This document shows positions 1 through 13,735 of a DNA stretch of 64,000 bases, piece after piece. Every line of letters starts with the position of its first letter. Positions within the stretch are counted from its first letter, which is position 1. Below the pieces are notes generated by a model, which saw nothing but the letters and a program-made list of their open reading frames with translations, had not been told where the DNA came from and made no database searches. Source of the stretch: Carcharhinus longimanus. Its lineage: Eukaryota. A program made the position numbers and the translations under genes. Location of the stretch: contig JASCQW010000032.1 in the NCBI GenBank assembly GCA_030264375.1, positions 31,197,022 through 31,261,021 on the forward strand. Reading direction: 5' to 3'.

Positions 1-299
1 TAGTTAAGTCGGGCAGCATGGTCAGTGCAGGCTTGGAGGGCTGAAGGGCCTGTTCTTGTGCTATCATTTTCTCTGTTCTTAATAAAGCATAAGAAATTCT
101 CCTAGCTCCCAGCTGTTTGTTTTTTGCTGACAGGAGATAGTGGCTTGTTTGCTAACGGCGGGATTCCCTTGTCCTGACGCTGTCAATGGGAATTCCCATT
201 GATGTCACCCCATGCCAGCAGGAACCTGCAGTGGGGGAGGAGGGGGTGGTGCGCTGCTGGCGGGACTGGAGAATCTCGCCTGCATGAATGGCCAGAGAA

Positions 300-930
300 T
301 TCCGAACATCTTACCTGAGGCTTTATTAATAGGGGCATGCAGTACAAGAACAAGGAGGCTATGTTGAACAAGTGTAAGACAATAGGCCACCCTCTTCTGG
401 AACATTGCCTCCAATTCTGGGAGTTGCACTTGAGGAATGATGTGAAGGCACTGGAGAGAGTGCAGAATAGATTAATGAGAATAGTTCCAGGGATGAGGAA
501 ATTTAGCTGTTAAGAAAGATGGGAGAAGTTAGGATTATTTTCTTTGGAGGGGAGAAAGCTAAGAGGAGACTTGATAGATATTTTCAAAATCATGAATGGT
601 CTGGACAGAGTAGAAAAGGAAAAAGTATTCCCACTTGCGAAGGATCATGATCGGGAGGGCACAGGTTTGATGTAAATGGCTGAAGAAGCAAAAGTGAGAT
701 GAGGAAAGTCTTTTTCACTTAATAAGTGCTTAGGATCTGGAATGTACTGCCTGAGAGTGTGGTGGAGGCAGGTTTGATTGAGGCATTCCAGACTGCTTAC
801 CGAAAAGGGAGAATGTGCAGGGTTATGGGGAGAAGGAGGAAGAGAGGCATTAGGAGGTGTGCTCATTCAAAGAGCCAGCACAGACACAATTGGCAGAATG
901 GTCCCCTGCACTTTAACAATTCTGGATTCT
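300..930 (+). mobile_element. Degenerate CR1/HER1-like LINE 3' fragment
   Basis: Decayed ORF2 C-terminal motifs (LEHCLQFW, ALERVQ, LGLFSLE, IFKIMNGLDRV, IWNVLPESVVEAG) typical of CR1 3' ends; boundaries approximate. Confidence 0.8.
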
Positions 931-3900
931 GTGTCAATTTTATAGCAACTGGTTTGAAGATGGAACAACTCAACTATAAATAATGTGTCTGACTGGCTTT
1001 CTGTTGCATACAATTGACAGTTCCATTTTAATTTATGTTGTCAGGTTTTTAAAATCTGGTCCTTGGAACTGTTTATGGAATGTTTAAGGAGAATCAACTG
1101 TTCCGTATGAAATTTCCAACGAGAAAATATCAGTTTGAAACCATTCAGACTGATATCAGCATTAATATAAGAAATGTAAGGAGAATAATCACAACGTATA
1201 AGTCATATAATTATTCTTGTTTGTTCAATAAATTAGCTGATTGCTACAATCTCATAGAGATCAATAACTTTCAAAGAAAACAAGGAACTTCCACTTAGCT
1301 GGATAGATGACAACATGATTTCACATTTTAAAACTTTTACTCTAACATAAGACTTAAAGAATGAGTGACTAAACATTGAAGTTTTAAAGAGACATTGGGT
1401 AAGATTTTATGAAAAGAATTCTAAGCAGTGAACGAAAATGGGGAAGTTTCAAGCTCATTTTGGGTGAGTTTGAGAATGCAATCTTATGGCACTTAGTGCG
1501 AATAATGTGCCGGGATGTGGTTCTCGCCAGTAGGGAGTGGGGTGGAGTCTCAGTTTGTTGGAGAAGCTGCCTGTTGAGGTCTAGGGTGCCATTACACACT
1601 TCTCCGAGTGTGTTGGGAGATCATCTGCCCACCCCTCCACCACCCACCCCACTGAAATTGGGACTCCCCCCCCATGGACATCACCACCAACCTGCTGACT
1701 GGTCTTTCTACAAAGCTCCCTTCCTCCCTGATTGCTAATTACTCCCCCTTCTGCAGATACCCCCTCCCTCTCACTGACCTCNNNNNNNNNNNNNNNNNNN
1801 NNNNNNNNNNNNNNNNNNNNNNNNNNNNNNNNNNNNNNNNNNNNNNNNNNNNNNNNNNNNNNNNNNNNNNNNNNNNNNNNNTCACTGACCTCTCCCTCTT
1901 CTGCAGATTTCCTTCCTTCCCTCACTGATCATTTCCCCCTTCTGCAAAGTTTCTTCCCATTCACCAAATGCCCTCCAGAGTTCCCTCTCTCCCCAATTCC
2001 TTCCCCTGCAGCGTTGCCTCCCTCCTACCCCTGCAGAGCTTCCCACTTGTCTCCCCCCCATCAACCCCGTCATGGCTCTGTCCCACTCTGGCACTGACCC
2101 CACTCTAATTCCGGCCCTTGGCACTGCCCTGATAAATTTATGGACAGTGCCAGCTTGCCTGGTGGGCAGTGCCATGGTGCCAGGCAGGCATGGCCAGGCT
2201 GGCACTGCCCCATAGGCACAGCTCAGCCCTGTCTCTGACCCCCAGGGGCTTAAATAGCATCTGATTTCCCCCTTCCTCCCCAACCCCTGACGAGGCCATC
2301 ATATCTGGTTCCTATTGGTGGATACCATCTGTGATTCTCATCGGGAAGGACCTTGGCTGGTGAAGTGGTTAAGGTAAGTAAGTCCAGATGGTAGGGTCCA
2401 GGAGTTGGTAGTCACATTTAAATAATGTCATTAATATTTAAATTGGCTTCCTCCTGGGCACAAAGTTGATTCTGCTGGCAAGACAGTGCTGGTAAGATCA
2501 GAGGAAGTGAAAAACTGGGCACGAACCTGATTTTTCACTTCCCACCCAAAAGTCAGGCAGGATGAGGTTGTAAGATCATAGCCATAGGGTTCAGGTGGAG
2601 GCATATAGATAGATATCAAGTATATGAGGGTCATAGGAGGGTGGGGCATGAGTTGGCATGGATGGGATATAGGGAGTAAGGGGTAGTGTGAGGTGGGGAC
2701 TGGAGGGCTACTTTTGTGCAATTAATTTGTTGACAAAATACCAGAGCACCAAGGCAGGCATTCCACGCATACCATTTCAGTACCCAGCAGCCTTCAAACT
2801 CTTTCTGGGGTTGCGTGTCACGATTCTCATTTCCGATCAGCATTCAGCACATATCCTCGCCAACCTCCCCACTGGAATCTGAACTTCCGGGGNNNNNNNN
2901 NNNNNNNNNNNNNNNNNNNNNNNNNNNNNNNNNNNNNNNNNNNNNNNNNNNNNNNNNNNNNNNNNNNNNNNNNNNNNNNNNNNNNNNNNNNNGTCACGCT
3001 TCTCATTTCCGATCAGCATTCCGCACATATCCTCGCCAACCTCCCCACTGGACTCTGAACTTCCGGGGCACTGTTCTCCACGTTGGGATTGTGGAGTCGG
3101 GAATGATCTTGCATCTGCACTCCGTAACAGGGAATAAAGATTCAGACCTCATGCTCTATCCACTGTTGGCACACCCATTAAAGTTGATGATTGCGTCGCA
3201 TGTGTGATACAGTGTGAGTGCAGGACCCAGAAGTTATCTGAGAGTGATGTGCCTGATCCCAATTTGAAAATCCAGCTCCAGAGTTTCCCCCTTGCCTGTC
3301 ACCTCTTTTTCCAGCTCCCCTCATGTCCGTTGCTGTTGCCAGCACCATTAGCTTACCTGCACAGCTGGAGCGCATTCCCTTCCAATAATTCTCTCATTTC
3401 CTGCCTGGTTAAATGTACATTTCAACGCCACACCAAGACTTACGTTGACTTTAATGCCGCCAATTCTTCCAAGATAATTGCAGCGGAGGCTGCCAAAGGA
3501 ATCGTGGGAGGTGCAAGCATTCTGTAATCAGAAGGCCATGGTTAGCACTGAGGGAATTTTTTTTATGTCCGTGCTAACCAAGACGTGGAATTGTGGAGGC
3601 AGAACCAGGAGCCGGCAGACCAGCTCACGTGCTGAAAATTACAGTCATGACTTTTAGGATGGTGGAATTTCTTCTCGACATTTTGGCTAAGATTAAGCAT
3701 CAGATCAAGCCCCAGATGGGGCGCAATGTCTTTTTTTTTTGTCAGCTTGGATTTCATATGTCTCTCTCGTGGGAACCATGAATTGGATTCAGTTGGATTT
3801 TGAATGCTGTTTTTGGAGCAAACAAAGAATGGATTTAGGTTTGTCTGGTCCACACTGAGCATTACCTTTGTAACTTTAAGGATGCAGTAAAAGAATAGAA

Positions 3901-5824
3901 CAAAGGGTTTCTCTTTCCACCATCTTTAGAGTGGGTGGTGACACCCCCCCCCGCTGATACTGCCCACCTTGAAGCAATATTATGCTCCAATGAGCATTCA
4001 GTGGCTTCAATTAGGAGGTAGTCCTGCCTTAGCGAGCTGCCTGTCGATCTGATTGGCCAACAGCTCCATAGTACGTACAGCGCCAGAAGCTTCAGTGGCT
4101 AAGACTGGAACTGCCAGCAGTCCCCAGAACCAAAGTCCGAGGATTCCTGGACCAGGTAAGATTTGGGAGTCTCTGGGTGGGGAGGGAGGGAAGNNNNNNN
4201 NNNTGTGGGGGTGTGGGGGTGGGTGGGGCGGCACGGCCTAGGGGATGGAAGAAAGGCATTATCATCTCTGTGGAGAGGTTGGTGAAGGAAGGGAGGTCCT
4301 TCGGCTACCAGGCCGTAAGGGGGTTGGGTGTGGTAGGGGTGGGGGCTGTTGATGCAGGAGCTCTTTCCTGCCTGAGGCTTGAACCTGATTAATTTTTGGG
4401 TGTATGCCACAGGGTCCCACCAGCTTGAAAATTGAGTTTGGGCAGGAAACTGCCCTGAAGTGGTCAATAATTGGCCACTTATGGGCCTCAACTGGGGCAA
4501 GGACAGGAAGGCTTAAAATTACATAGAGGTCAGAGCCAGTGGGAAGCCCATCCGAGGAATATTATGCTCACCCATACCTACAAATCTGCTGGCAAGTGGA
4601 TGAAAATTCTACTCTACATGTTCTATCTAAGGGGCCATTGGACATAAAGTGGGTATATGCAGGCTTAATAACAAAAAGCTTACGAACTACAGATGTAACA
4701 ATAATAGAATAATTCAAATTCAAGATTACAACTTCTTCCAGAGTGTACAGATAAGGGTATTTTAGCTCAGTTTTAACAGCCCAAGGAAATTATTCCTGAT
4801 TTCAATTCCTGTTTCAAATTAAACTGAGTGCTGACATCTGGATGCTGAAGTTTCACTCCAGTTTTAGCTTGTTGAAGCCAAAATGTTCAAAGTGCCAAGT
4901 GTGTTTTAAACATGACCAATATTAGGTCAAAGTCGGTGAGTTTTGATACTTTTTAAGAACAATTCTGTTTCCAGGTTGCAGACGACCTGCCAATACTTGT
5001 GCATTTTTCTTTACAACGGTCACAAAAGCGATTTGATACAGGATGCATTTTAATCAAACTCGCCTTGAAGTTATGAATAAATACGATTAAAGGTTCCAAG
5101 CCAATCTTTTAATGAAAATTGTAATAAGTCTTCGGAGGCAGAAGTCACTTCATCAAGATCTCTACAATTCCTATAGCAGTAAACAGAGTGCTATCAGTCA
5201 GCAGTCCCAGAGGAACTGACATTCCCGGTTAAATGTGAGGAAAAGACTCCCTGTTAGCCCATCAATTGACTCCTTAATCAGAGAGTTCATATTCCAATAG
5301 ACCAACCTCAATGGCCTGATTGAAGTCATTTAAAATCTGCCAGCGTCTGTAGAGAGAGGCTAGAGCTCTGTCGAAAAGGATCAACCAGATTTGAAACATT
5401 GGTTCTATTCTCTCTCCACAGATGCTGTCAGGTATGCTGAGATTTTCCAGCATTTTCTGTTTTTGTTGTGAGAGAGAAGTAGTGGCAGACGGAGCGGGAG
5501 AGTGCTGACAAAAGAGAATTCTTAATTAACTTAATTGTTGGGAGCGAGGGAAGTTAACTTCGATGTTTTAAGTTGATATTACATTTTATGAGTGCTGGGT
5601 GTCAATTTTTATTTGTATTTCTTTCTCCGCAGTTTTGGTGAAGTTTGAATGAAGGTTGGTGGCAGGAGGCCGCTGCCTGGTGATAGACCTGTTCCAGGAA
5701 TTACCAGGTGAAAATCTGCCTTAGTGCACCCATCAGGTGCAGAAAGAGAACTGGAATCGGAGGCCTGGTGATCTGACAGCTCATGTGACTGTTGTAAATG
5801 GTCACTTGCATTTACCTCAGAATC

Positions 5825-6277
5825 CATAACTTGGTACGGCTCCTGCTCTGCCCAAGACTGCAAGGAATCACAAAGGGTCGTGAATGTAGCCCAATCCATC
5901 ACGCAAACCAGCCTCCCATCCATTGACTCTGTCTACAGTTCCTGCTGTCTTGGAAAAGCAGCCGGCATAATTAAGGACCCCCACTCACCCCGTACATTCT
6001 CCCTTCTGTCTTTTTCCTCTTGGAAAATGATACAAAAGTCTGAGGTCACGTACCAACTGACTCAAGAACAACTTCTTCCCTGTTGCCATCAGACTTTTGA
6101 ATGGACCTACCTTATATTAAGTTGATATTTCTCCACATCCTGACTATGACTGTAACACTACATTCTGCATTCTCTTGTTTCCTTCTCTATGAACGATATG
6201 CTTTGTCTGTATAGCGTGCAAGAAACAATACTTTTTACTGTATCCCAATACACATGATAATAATAAATCAAATCAAA
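5825..6277 (+). mobile_element. Rex1/Babar-like LINE 3' fragment
   Basis: ORF 5880..6125 (AQSITQTSLPSIDSVYSSCCLGKAAGIIKDP) followed by a 3' UTR ending aataaatcaaatcaaa. Confidence 0.7.
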
Positions 6278-6349
6278 ATATCCGTTAAATGTACAACGAA
6301 ATGAAGACTGTAAGAATGCCCAACACAATACCCCACCAACAGTAATCAG

Positions 6350-6640
6350 CATAGAACCATTACAGTACAGAAGGAGGCCATTCAGCCCATTGAGTCTGTA
6401 CCAACCACAATCCCACCCAGGGCCTATCCCCGTAAACCCACAAATTTACCCCTCTAATCCTTCTGACCCTAGGGTTAATTTTAGCGTGACCAACCAACCT
6501 AACCCGCACACCTTTGGAGTGTGGGAGGAAACCCAGGCACACATGGGAAAAAAAATGCAAACTCTGACCTGAAGGCTGGAATTGAACCCAGGTGCCTGGA
6601 GTTGTGAGGCAGCAGTGTTAACCACCGGGTCACCGTGCTG
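6350..6640 (-). mobile_element. HE1-like V-SINE
   Basis: Reverse complement shows a tRNA-derived head (gtggttaacactgctgcctcac...gggttcaattcc), V-domain (ttcctcccacactccaaag...gttaggttggttgg) and CR1-like tail. Confidence 0.85.
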
Positions 6641-7184
6641 TCCAGGAAATTAGATCCTGTGAACGACAGTGAGAGAAACATTGAATAAAGTCCAAAAAAG
6701 GGAAAGTTTTGCTATAAGTATTTCAGGGTTTTTGAATAGATTACCAGGGCTCAATGCAACTTGATAATATAAATAATTTCCAGAGGGATTCAGACAAAGT
6801 TTTGCTGATAACACTGACTTGGAGCCATGGGTAGTGGACTATTTTATCTTAATTTTTTTTTAGACCTGGAGCAAGAAAACGGGTGTATTGTTTATGCCAA
6901 CACAGAACTGTGAAGCAATTAATCATTTCTGGCTTCTACTGCGTTGGCAGTTAATCCTAATCCAGGTCATTCTCCACAGCCATCTGTCTCTTGGACATTT
7001 TGGGCCCTCTTCAGACTCGAGGGAGCGAATGGCCTATTCCTGCTCTTCTTTATGTTCATACGTTCTGAGATGCACCTCAGGAGTTTCCAAACCGGGGGTC
7101 ACGACCCACAACGGGGTCACGGGACAAGCAATTGGGGTTACGAGATCCGGGGCAGCAAGTGCAACTCTGGAGTAGAGACTTAAA

Positions 7185-7503
7185 ATCATGGAATCCCTAC
7201 GGTGCAGGAGAAAGTCATTTGGCCCATCGAGTCTGCACTGACCACAATCCGTTCCAGGCCCTATCCCCATAACCTCATACATTTATCCAAGCTAGTCCTC
7301 CTGACACTAAGGGGCAATTTATCATGGCCAATCCACGTAACTCGCACATCTTTCGCATTGTGGGAAGAAAGTGTAGCATCTGGAGGAAACCCATGCAGAC
7401 ACAGGGAGAATGTGCAAACTGCACACAGACAGCCAGCCAAGCTGGGAATCAAACCCAGGTCCCTGGCGCTGTGAGGTAGCAGCGCTAACCACTGTGCCAC
7501 CCA
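7185..7503 (-). mobile_element. HE1-like V-SINE, near full length
   Basis: Same head, V-domain and tail; head reads ggcacagtggttagcgctgctacctcacagcgccagggacc on the minus strand. Confidence 0.9.
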
Positions 7504-8147
7504 TAGTGGACTCCCCCACCANNNNNNNNNNNNNNNNNNNNNNNNNNNNNNNNNNNNNNNNNNNNNNNNNNNNNNNNNNNNNNNNNNNNNNNNNNNNNNN
7601 NNNNNNNNNNNNNNNNNNNNNATTGACTTTAAATGCCTTATGAAATGGCCAGTAAGCCACTCAGTTCAAGGACACTTAGGGGTAGACAATAAGTGCTGCC
7701 CCTGCCAACAATGCCCACATCCCATGAATGAGTTTGTTTTTTTAAATTAAGTTTTAATACCTGTGGATACATTCTAGGTCTAAATCTTTGTTGCACTATA
7801 AGATGCAAAATTGTGTGCAATTTAATCAGATGGATATGTGAATTTTTGTTAAATAGATGAAACTATATTTGTTTGTTTTTATAAGAACAACATAAAGCAC
7901 TGTCAATCATTGATGTGAAAATATTGCTTCATTCACTCCCGCATTCTGTTTTATTTTTGTTTTGAAGTGGAAGCTAACATTTTTTTGAGGGATAGGGAAT
8001 TTTCACAGTTCCTGATCAAAGAGGAATTGAGCACTCTTCACTTTGAGTAGTCAGGATCAGATATAGCACAAAGGAGATGTGGAGTTAATCTCTCTCTCCT
8101 CTGCCTCATAAGTATGCCTCAATCTTAACCTCTGCTGCACTAATTAT

Positions 8148-8535
8148 AGAATCCCTATCGTGCAGAAGGAGACCATTTGGTCCATTGAATCTGCTCCGAT
8201 CTTTTGAGGACCACCCCACCCAGGCCCAATCCCCTGCCCTATTCCAGCAACCCAACAAATCCACCATAACTAATCCAGCCACTCCACACACTAAGGGGCA
8301 ATTTAGCATAGCCAATCCTGCACACTTTTGAAGTGTAGGAGGAATCTGGAGGATCTAGAGGAAATCCATGCAGACACATGGAGAATGTGCACCTGGCATG
8401 GCAGACTGCTTCCATGATTATCGGTGAGTTGCCTCTGCGGTTGCAACCGACAGTCACCTGAGGCCAGAATTGGAATCTGGTGCTGTGAGAGAGCAATGCT
8501 CTGTGGTGGAACAGCACTAATCACTGTACCATCGT
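8148..8535 (-). mobile_element. HE1-like V-SINE with a ~55-bp internal insertion
   Basis: SINE sequence interrupted at ~8388-8441 by a segment matching 23430-23483 in reverse. Confidence 0.8.
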
Positions 8536-9894
8536 GCTGCATTTTCATCAATCATCCTGTGGTAAAACTGCTAAATGGATACTTTGGTGCTGCAGGCCTT
8601 TTGAATTTATTGTCCACAACAATTAAGATTTTCTTTATAAATCAATCAAAGAATACAAAGTGAAAGTAGAATTTTATGATTTTTTTGTCACAGTATATGC
8701 CATGAGTGCAAGTGAATGTTGATAATGGATCTATACCTATGATTAAAGATACTATCCAATAGTGTTAGCACCATTTTAATACTGTCTCCTTATCTTAATG
8801 CATGGTCAGAAATCCTGGCCTTTAACAAGGAGACAGCTGTATTGTCTCCACCTGGGAAGGAAGGTGCAAAAATGCAAGAGCTGAAATATGTTGGGGATTC
8901 TGAGCAAGAGCAAGGGAGATCATTCTACCAGTTACCAGGATTTTATAGCAGCAAATCATTGAGGAATTACCAACTGTCCCAAAGATTTCAAATACATTTC
9001 TTTTAAAATGTGTGATTTCACTTTCATCGTGTTCCCCTTCCCATTTAGGACCACGTAGGAAAATTATTCATCATGAAATGTTATATCATGTTTGGCGCAA
9101 AAGATAATTCATTGTGTATGTTTTAACTCAAGTAATAAAAAATCCTGGCATGTTTGAATCCTAATGCATATGATATTCACTGGCAATTTATCACTGTTGA
9201 TTAGGTTTTAAGTGCATTGGGCCCAAAATGCGCTGTTAAAATTAAAGCACCACTATTATTTAAAGTGTAAATGCTCAGCAGCTTTAGCCTAGGGACCAGG
9301 AAGTTGCTGTCAGATATCCACTGCTCTCTTATTAACTTTGTCAAAATGGACACCTTGCTGATGACTCCCCTTTCAAATTCATTGGGCATTAAGTTACTTT
9401 ACTTTTACTGTAGATGTGGTAAACTTGCTACAGTAAGTTAATTCAAATAATTTCTAAGTAAAAGTTTAACGATGACACTGTCAGTCAGACTTTTTGGCAC
9501 TGAAAATTAATAATTACACATGTAGAGTTTAATTCCTTCAGATTTTAATTGCTGTTGGAGAGTTTTTTAAAATATTAAATTAATGTTTTTTTTCTGCCTC
9601 TTTTCCCCTCTCTCTTCACCCAATATTCCTTTCCCTTTCTTTATTTCTCTTTTTAAACCTGATTTAGCATTGTATTCACCCATTCTAAAGATTCAATTTT
9701 AACTCTATGGAAATAGGTGCATTTTGAATCGGTTAGAATTGGGCCCTAAGTTACCTGATAGGTTATGCAGATATACAATTGGTCGTCTTGTTTACTGTGG
9801 GGCATGATGCCCTGTAAAGAACATCATACCTGAAGTTGGCAGTGTAAATCACCATGGAGATTAAACATGTCAGGATAAGTTGAACTAACAGATG

Positions 9895-11610
9895 GTGCCA
9901 TATTAAATATATTCTAACTGATGCATCCTTTGGTTCTGTCTTCATAAAAGAGGATGCAAATGACACAAGTACCACAAATGTTGGAGAACACAGGGTGTAA
10001 TGAGGGGGAGAAATTGGAAGAAGTCTGTATTGGCAGGGAAATGGTATTGGGGAAACTGATGAGATTAATGGCTGATAAATTCCCAGAGCCTGATGATCTA
10101 CATCTTAAAGTACTTAAGGAAGTGGCCCTGGGAATAGTGGATGCATTGCTGGTCATGTTCCAAGATTCTGTAGACTCTGGAAGTGTTCCTATGGATTGAG
10201 TGTCACTACTGTAAGCCCACTATTTGAAAAGGGAGGTAGAGAGAAAACAGGGAATTATAGACTAGTCAACCTGACATTATAGCGGTGAAAATGCTGGAGT
10301 CTATTGTAAAAGATTTATTAGCAGAGCACAGTGGCAGGATTGGATAGAGTCAGCATTGATTTATGAAAGGAAAATCGTGCTTGATAAATCTACCAGAATT
10401 CCTTGAGGATATAACTAGTAGAGTTGATGAGGGGCAGTGAGTGGATAAGGTTTATTTAAACGTTCAGAAGGCTTTTGCCAGGGTCCACGTTAAAGATTAG
10501 TATGTAAAATTAAAGCACATGAGATTGAGGGTAGCATATTGAAATAGACAGAGAAGTTGTTGGCAGACAGGAAACAAAGAGTCGGGATAAACAGATCTTT
10601 TTCCAAGTGCCAGGAAGTAAAAAGTGGAGTACTGCAAGGATCAGTGCTGGGACCCCACCGATTCACAATGTATATTAATAATTTAGATGAGGGACCTAAT
10701 CTCCAAATTTGCATATGGCTCCAAGCTAGCTGGGAAGATGAGCTGTGAGGAGGATGCAGAGGTACTTCAGTCTGGTTTGGACAAGTTGAATGAATGGGCA
10801 AATATATAACAGACACCATATAATACAGATAAATGTGAGGTTATCCATTTCAATAGCAAAAACAGGAAGGCAGATTATTATCTAAATTGCTATAGATTGA
10901 GAGGAGGAAATGTGCAACACAATCCAGGTGTCCTTGTACATCAGTCGCTGAAAGTTATCATGCAGATGCTGAGAATGGTGAAGAGAATTCTCTCGCCTTC
11001 GTAGCGAGAGAATTCAAATACAGGAGCAAGGATGTCTTGTTGTAGTTATACAGAGCTTTGGTGAGGCCACACCTGGAATATTGTGTGCAGTGTTGGTCTC
11101 CTTATCTGAGGAAGGATGTTCTTGCTATGGAGAGAGGGCAGCAAAGGTTTACCTAGTTGATTCGTAGGATGGTACGACTGAAATATATGGGGAGATTGAG
11201 TTTGTTAGGATTATATTCATTGGAATTTAAGAGAGTAAGAGGGCATCTCGTAGAAATGTAGAAAATTCTAACAAGGCTACACAGGGTAGGTTAGGAAGGA
11301 TGTTCCCAATGGTGGAAGAGCCCAGAACCAGGGGCCATGGATATGGGGTAAAACATTTAGGACTGAGATGAGGAGAAATTTCTTCACCCAGAGAGTGGTG
11401 AAGCTGTGGAATTCTCTACCAGCTGTTGAAGCCGAAACACTGTTTATTTTCAAGAAGGAGTTAGCTATATCTTATCGGGCTAAAGCAGTCAAAAGATATG
11501 AGGGGAAAGTGGGAACAGGTTACTGATTTGGATGATCAGCCATTATCATAATGAATAGAAGAGCAGGCTTGGAGGGCTGGATGACCTACTTCTATTTTCT
11601 ATGTTTCGAT
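9895..11610 (+). mobile_element. 5'-truncated, frameshifted CR1 LINE (~1.7 kb, RT domain and 3' end)
   Basis: Fragments [57 protein letters not shown]; tail ctacttctattttctatgtt. Confidence 0.9.
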
Positions 11611-11637
11611 ATTTGTTGACCAGCTAGAATCAATCTT

Positions 11638-11928
11638 AAAAAAAAGTTAAAAGTTTATTTATTCATCGCAAGTAGTCTTACATTGACACTGTAATGAAAT
11701 TATTGTGAAAATGATCAATGAATACTATAATGGCCTTCCATAATTTAATATGTGCATTTCATGCAATATTCCTAGTGACTCCTTAAGGTAGTAGAAAAGG
11801 TGGAGTGAAGTCCTTATTGACTTTTAATTGGCCACTTAAAGGCCTCAAGAGGCCCAAGGGCAGGCAAACATTTTACCTACCCACCCCTAATATAGAAGAC
11901 AGGCCAGGAGATGGTAGGAAGGCAGAGG
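11638..11928. repeat. Left arm of a ~290-bp inverted duplication
   Basis: Aligns by eye along its length to the reverse complement of 13736-14020. Confidence 0.9.
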
Positions 11929-12369
11929 GGCATTTATTAAATCTCTGAATATAAAATGTACACCCGATGCAAGCAGCAATGTGATTGACTGTCACCTTTT
12001 AGAACAATGGGCAGGATTTTCCACACAAACTGTTGCATCTTTCACAGTGGAGGCAGCCCGCAGTTGGCCAACGGTGGGGGAAGGATCTTCTGGTCCTACT
12101 GTTGTCAATGTTGAATGCAGTCTGTGCCACCAGGAAACCCACCAATTCCAGCCAATGTTTGGATTATCATCAAATTCTTAAAATTTTAGACTATTTATTA
12201 ATACCTTGTGCAGCCTTTGACTATTTAATTACAGACAGAGCGCGAGAGAGACAGGCAGACAATGATAGTGATATCTGGATGGTTCATGGTTTGTAACTAC
12301 TGTCATCTCATCTACCCACTTTGGTGCCTTCAATTAATCAATTAAAACTTTCTTCCCTAAGTTTCGTAG

Positions 12370-12675
12370 GATAGAATCCCTATAGTGCAGAAGGTGGCCA
12401 TTCGGCCCATTGAGTCTGCACTGACCACAATCCCATCCAGGCTCAACCCCTGTAATGTCACTTGCTTATGCTACTAACCCCCTGGCACTAAGGGGCAATT
12501 TAAAATGGCCAATCAACCTAACCTGCACATCTTTGAACATGGGAGGAAACTGGGACATTTGGAAGAAACCCACGCAGACAAGGAGAGAATGTGCAAACTC
12601 TATACAGACAGTGACCTGCAGCCAGAATTGAACTCAGGTCTTTGGCAGTCCGAGGCAGTAGTGCTAACCAATGTG
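12370..12675 (-). mobile_element. HE1-like V-SINE
   Basis: Reads tail (agaatccctatagtgcagaagg), V-domain, then head (gaggcagtagtgctaacca) on the + strand. Confidence 0.85.
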
Positions 12676-12746
12676 TTTCCAAAGGATATACGCTGAATAC
12701 ATTTTCAATGGAAATAGCGACACTTCAAGGCCAAGTAACTTCTTTA

Positions 12747-12950
12747 GAAAATGCTGGAAAATCTCAACAGGTTTGGCAGTGTCTCTAAGGAGAGAAAAGA
12801 ACTGACATTACAAAGGTTTGACAAAGGTCATCTGGACTCGAAACGTCAGCTCTTTACTCTCCTTACAGATGTTGCCAGACCTGCTGAGATTTTTTCCAGC
12901 CTTTTTCCTCTTGGTTTCAGATTCCAGCATCCGCAGTGATTTGCTTTTCT
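12747..12950. repeat. Quasi-palindromic ~200-bp interspersed repeat (possibly Penelope-derived)
   Basis: gaaaatgctggaaaatctca...tgctgagattttttccagc; related copies at ~5365-5465, 21200-21325, 30140-30265 and 46543-46752. Confidence 0.7.
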
Positions 12951-13735
12951 CAAACTAACTTTTTTATTTTGTGGGGATAACATTTTTAATATAAGTCCAG
13001 TCAGAAATAGAATGGAGCATTGTAAGGCAAACAAAAGATATCCTGGGGTACGTGATGAGCATCGGGAAAATGAAAATCCATGAGGAAGACAACTTGTCAA
13101 GGATAGATGATGTGGGATGTAAAGTTTGATGTATTTTCTGGAGATTTCCTTGATTTGCTTCTGAAGGTCCAGTGAGATACTACATAAAAAATATTCTTCA
13201 GGAAGTTGAATGGGGCAAATAGAGTCCAGGGGTGAGTTCATTATGCTTAGTCTGCAGGAGGAACGGGCTCAGTGAAAGGAATAACCTTTCTTATCGTTCT
13301 GCTCCATTTTTTATCATCTTCTCTTGATGTAAATTTAAATTTTTTATGCCTCACATCTGGTCTGAATTTGTGGAAATAATGTTTAAATTTCCACGTTAAT
13401 GAGACCTTGTTATTCAGCTGTTGGGAATTCTTTCCTTTGAGCTTCTCGGCTCACTCAACTGAAGACCCCCACTTTCTACTCTTTCCAGATTACTGACTGG
13501 AATAATATATATAGAGGGTCCTTGGCTCCAAACAAAACATGCGTTAGTGGTGAATCATGCATTAAGTATGCATATTTTTTTAACTCTTTAACCTTCCAAA
13601 GGCAAACATATTCAGACACAAAGAAAACCCCCTAGCTTTAAAATGTCTTCTGCCTATTGTGAGCTTTGCCATCTACATTATGGGCTGAATTTTACGGTTG
13701 ACCCATTTGATTGTAAACTAAAATGGGAAGTCTCG

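Noticed and set aside
2816-3068. ~76-bp direct repeat on both sides of a 100-N gap (likewise at 1770/1882, 24015/24125, 26204/26345 and 41327/42255)
   Set aside because: Near-identical overlaps flanking N runs are typical of unmerged contig ends or haplotypes, so they are assembly artefacts rather than tandem duplications.
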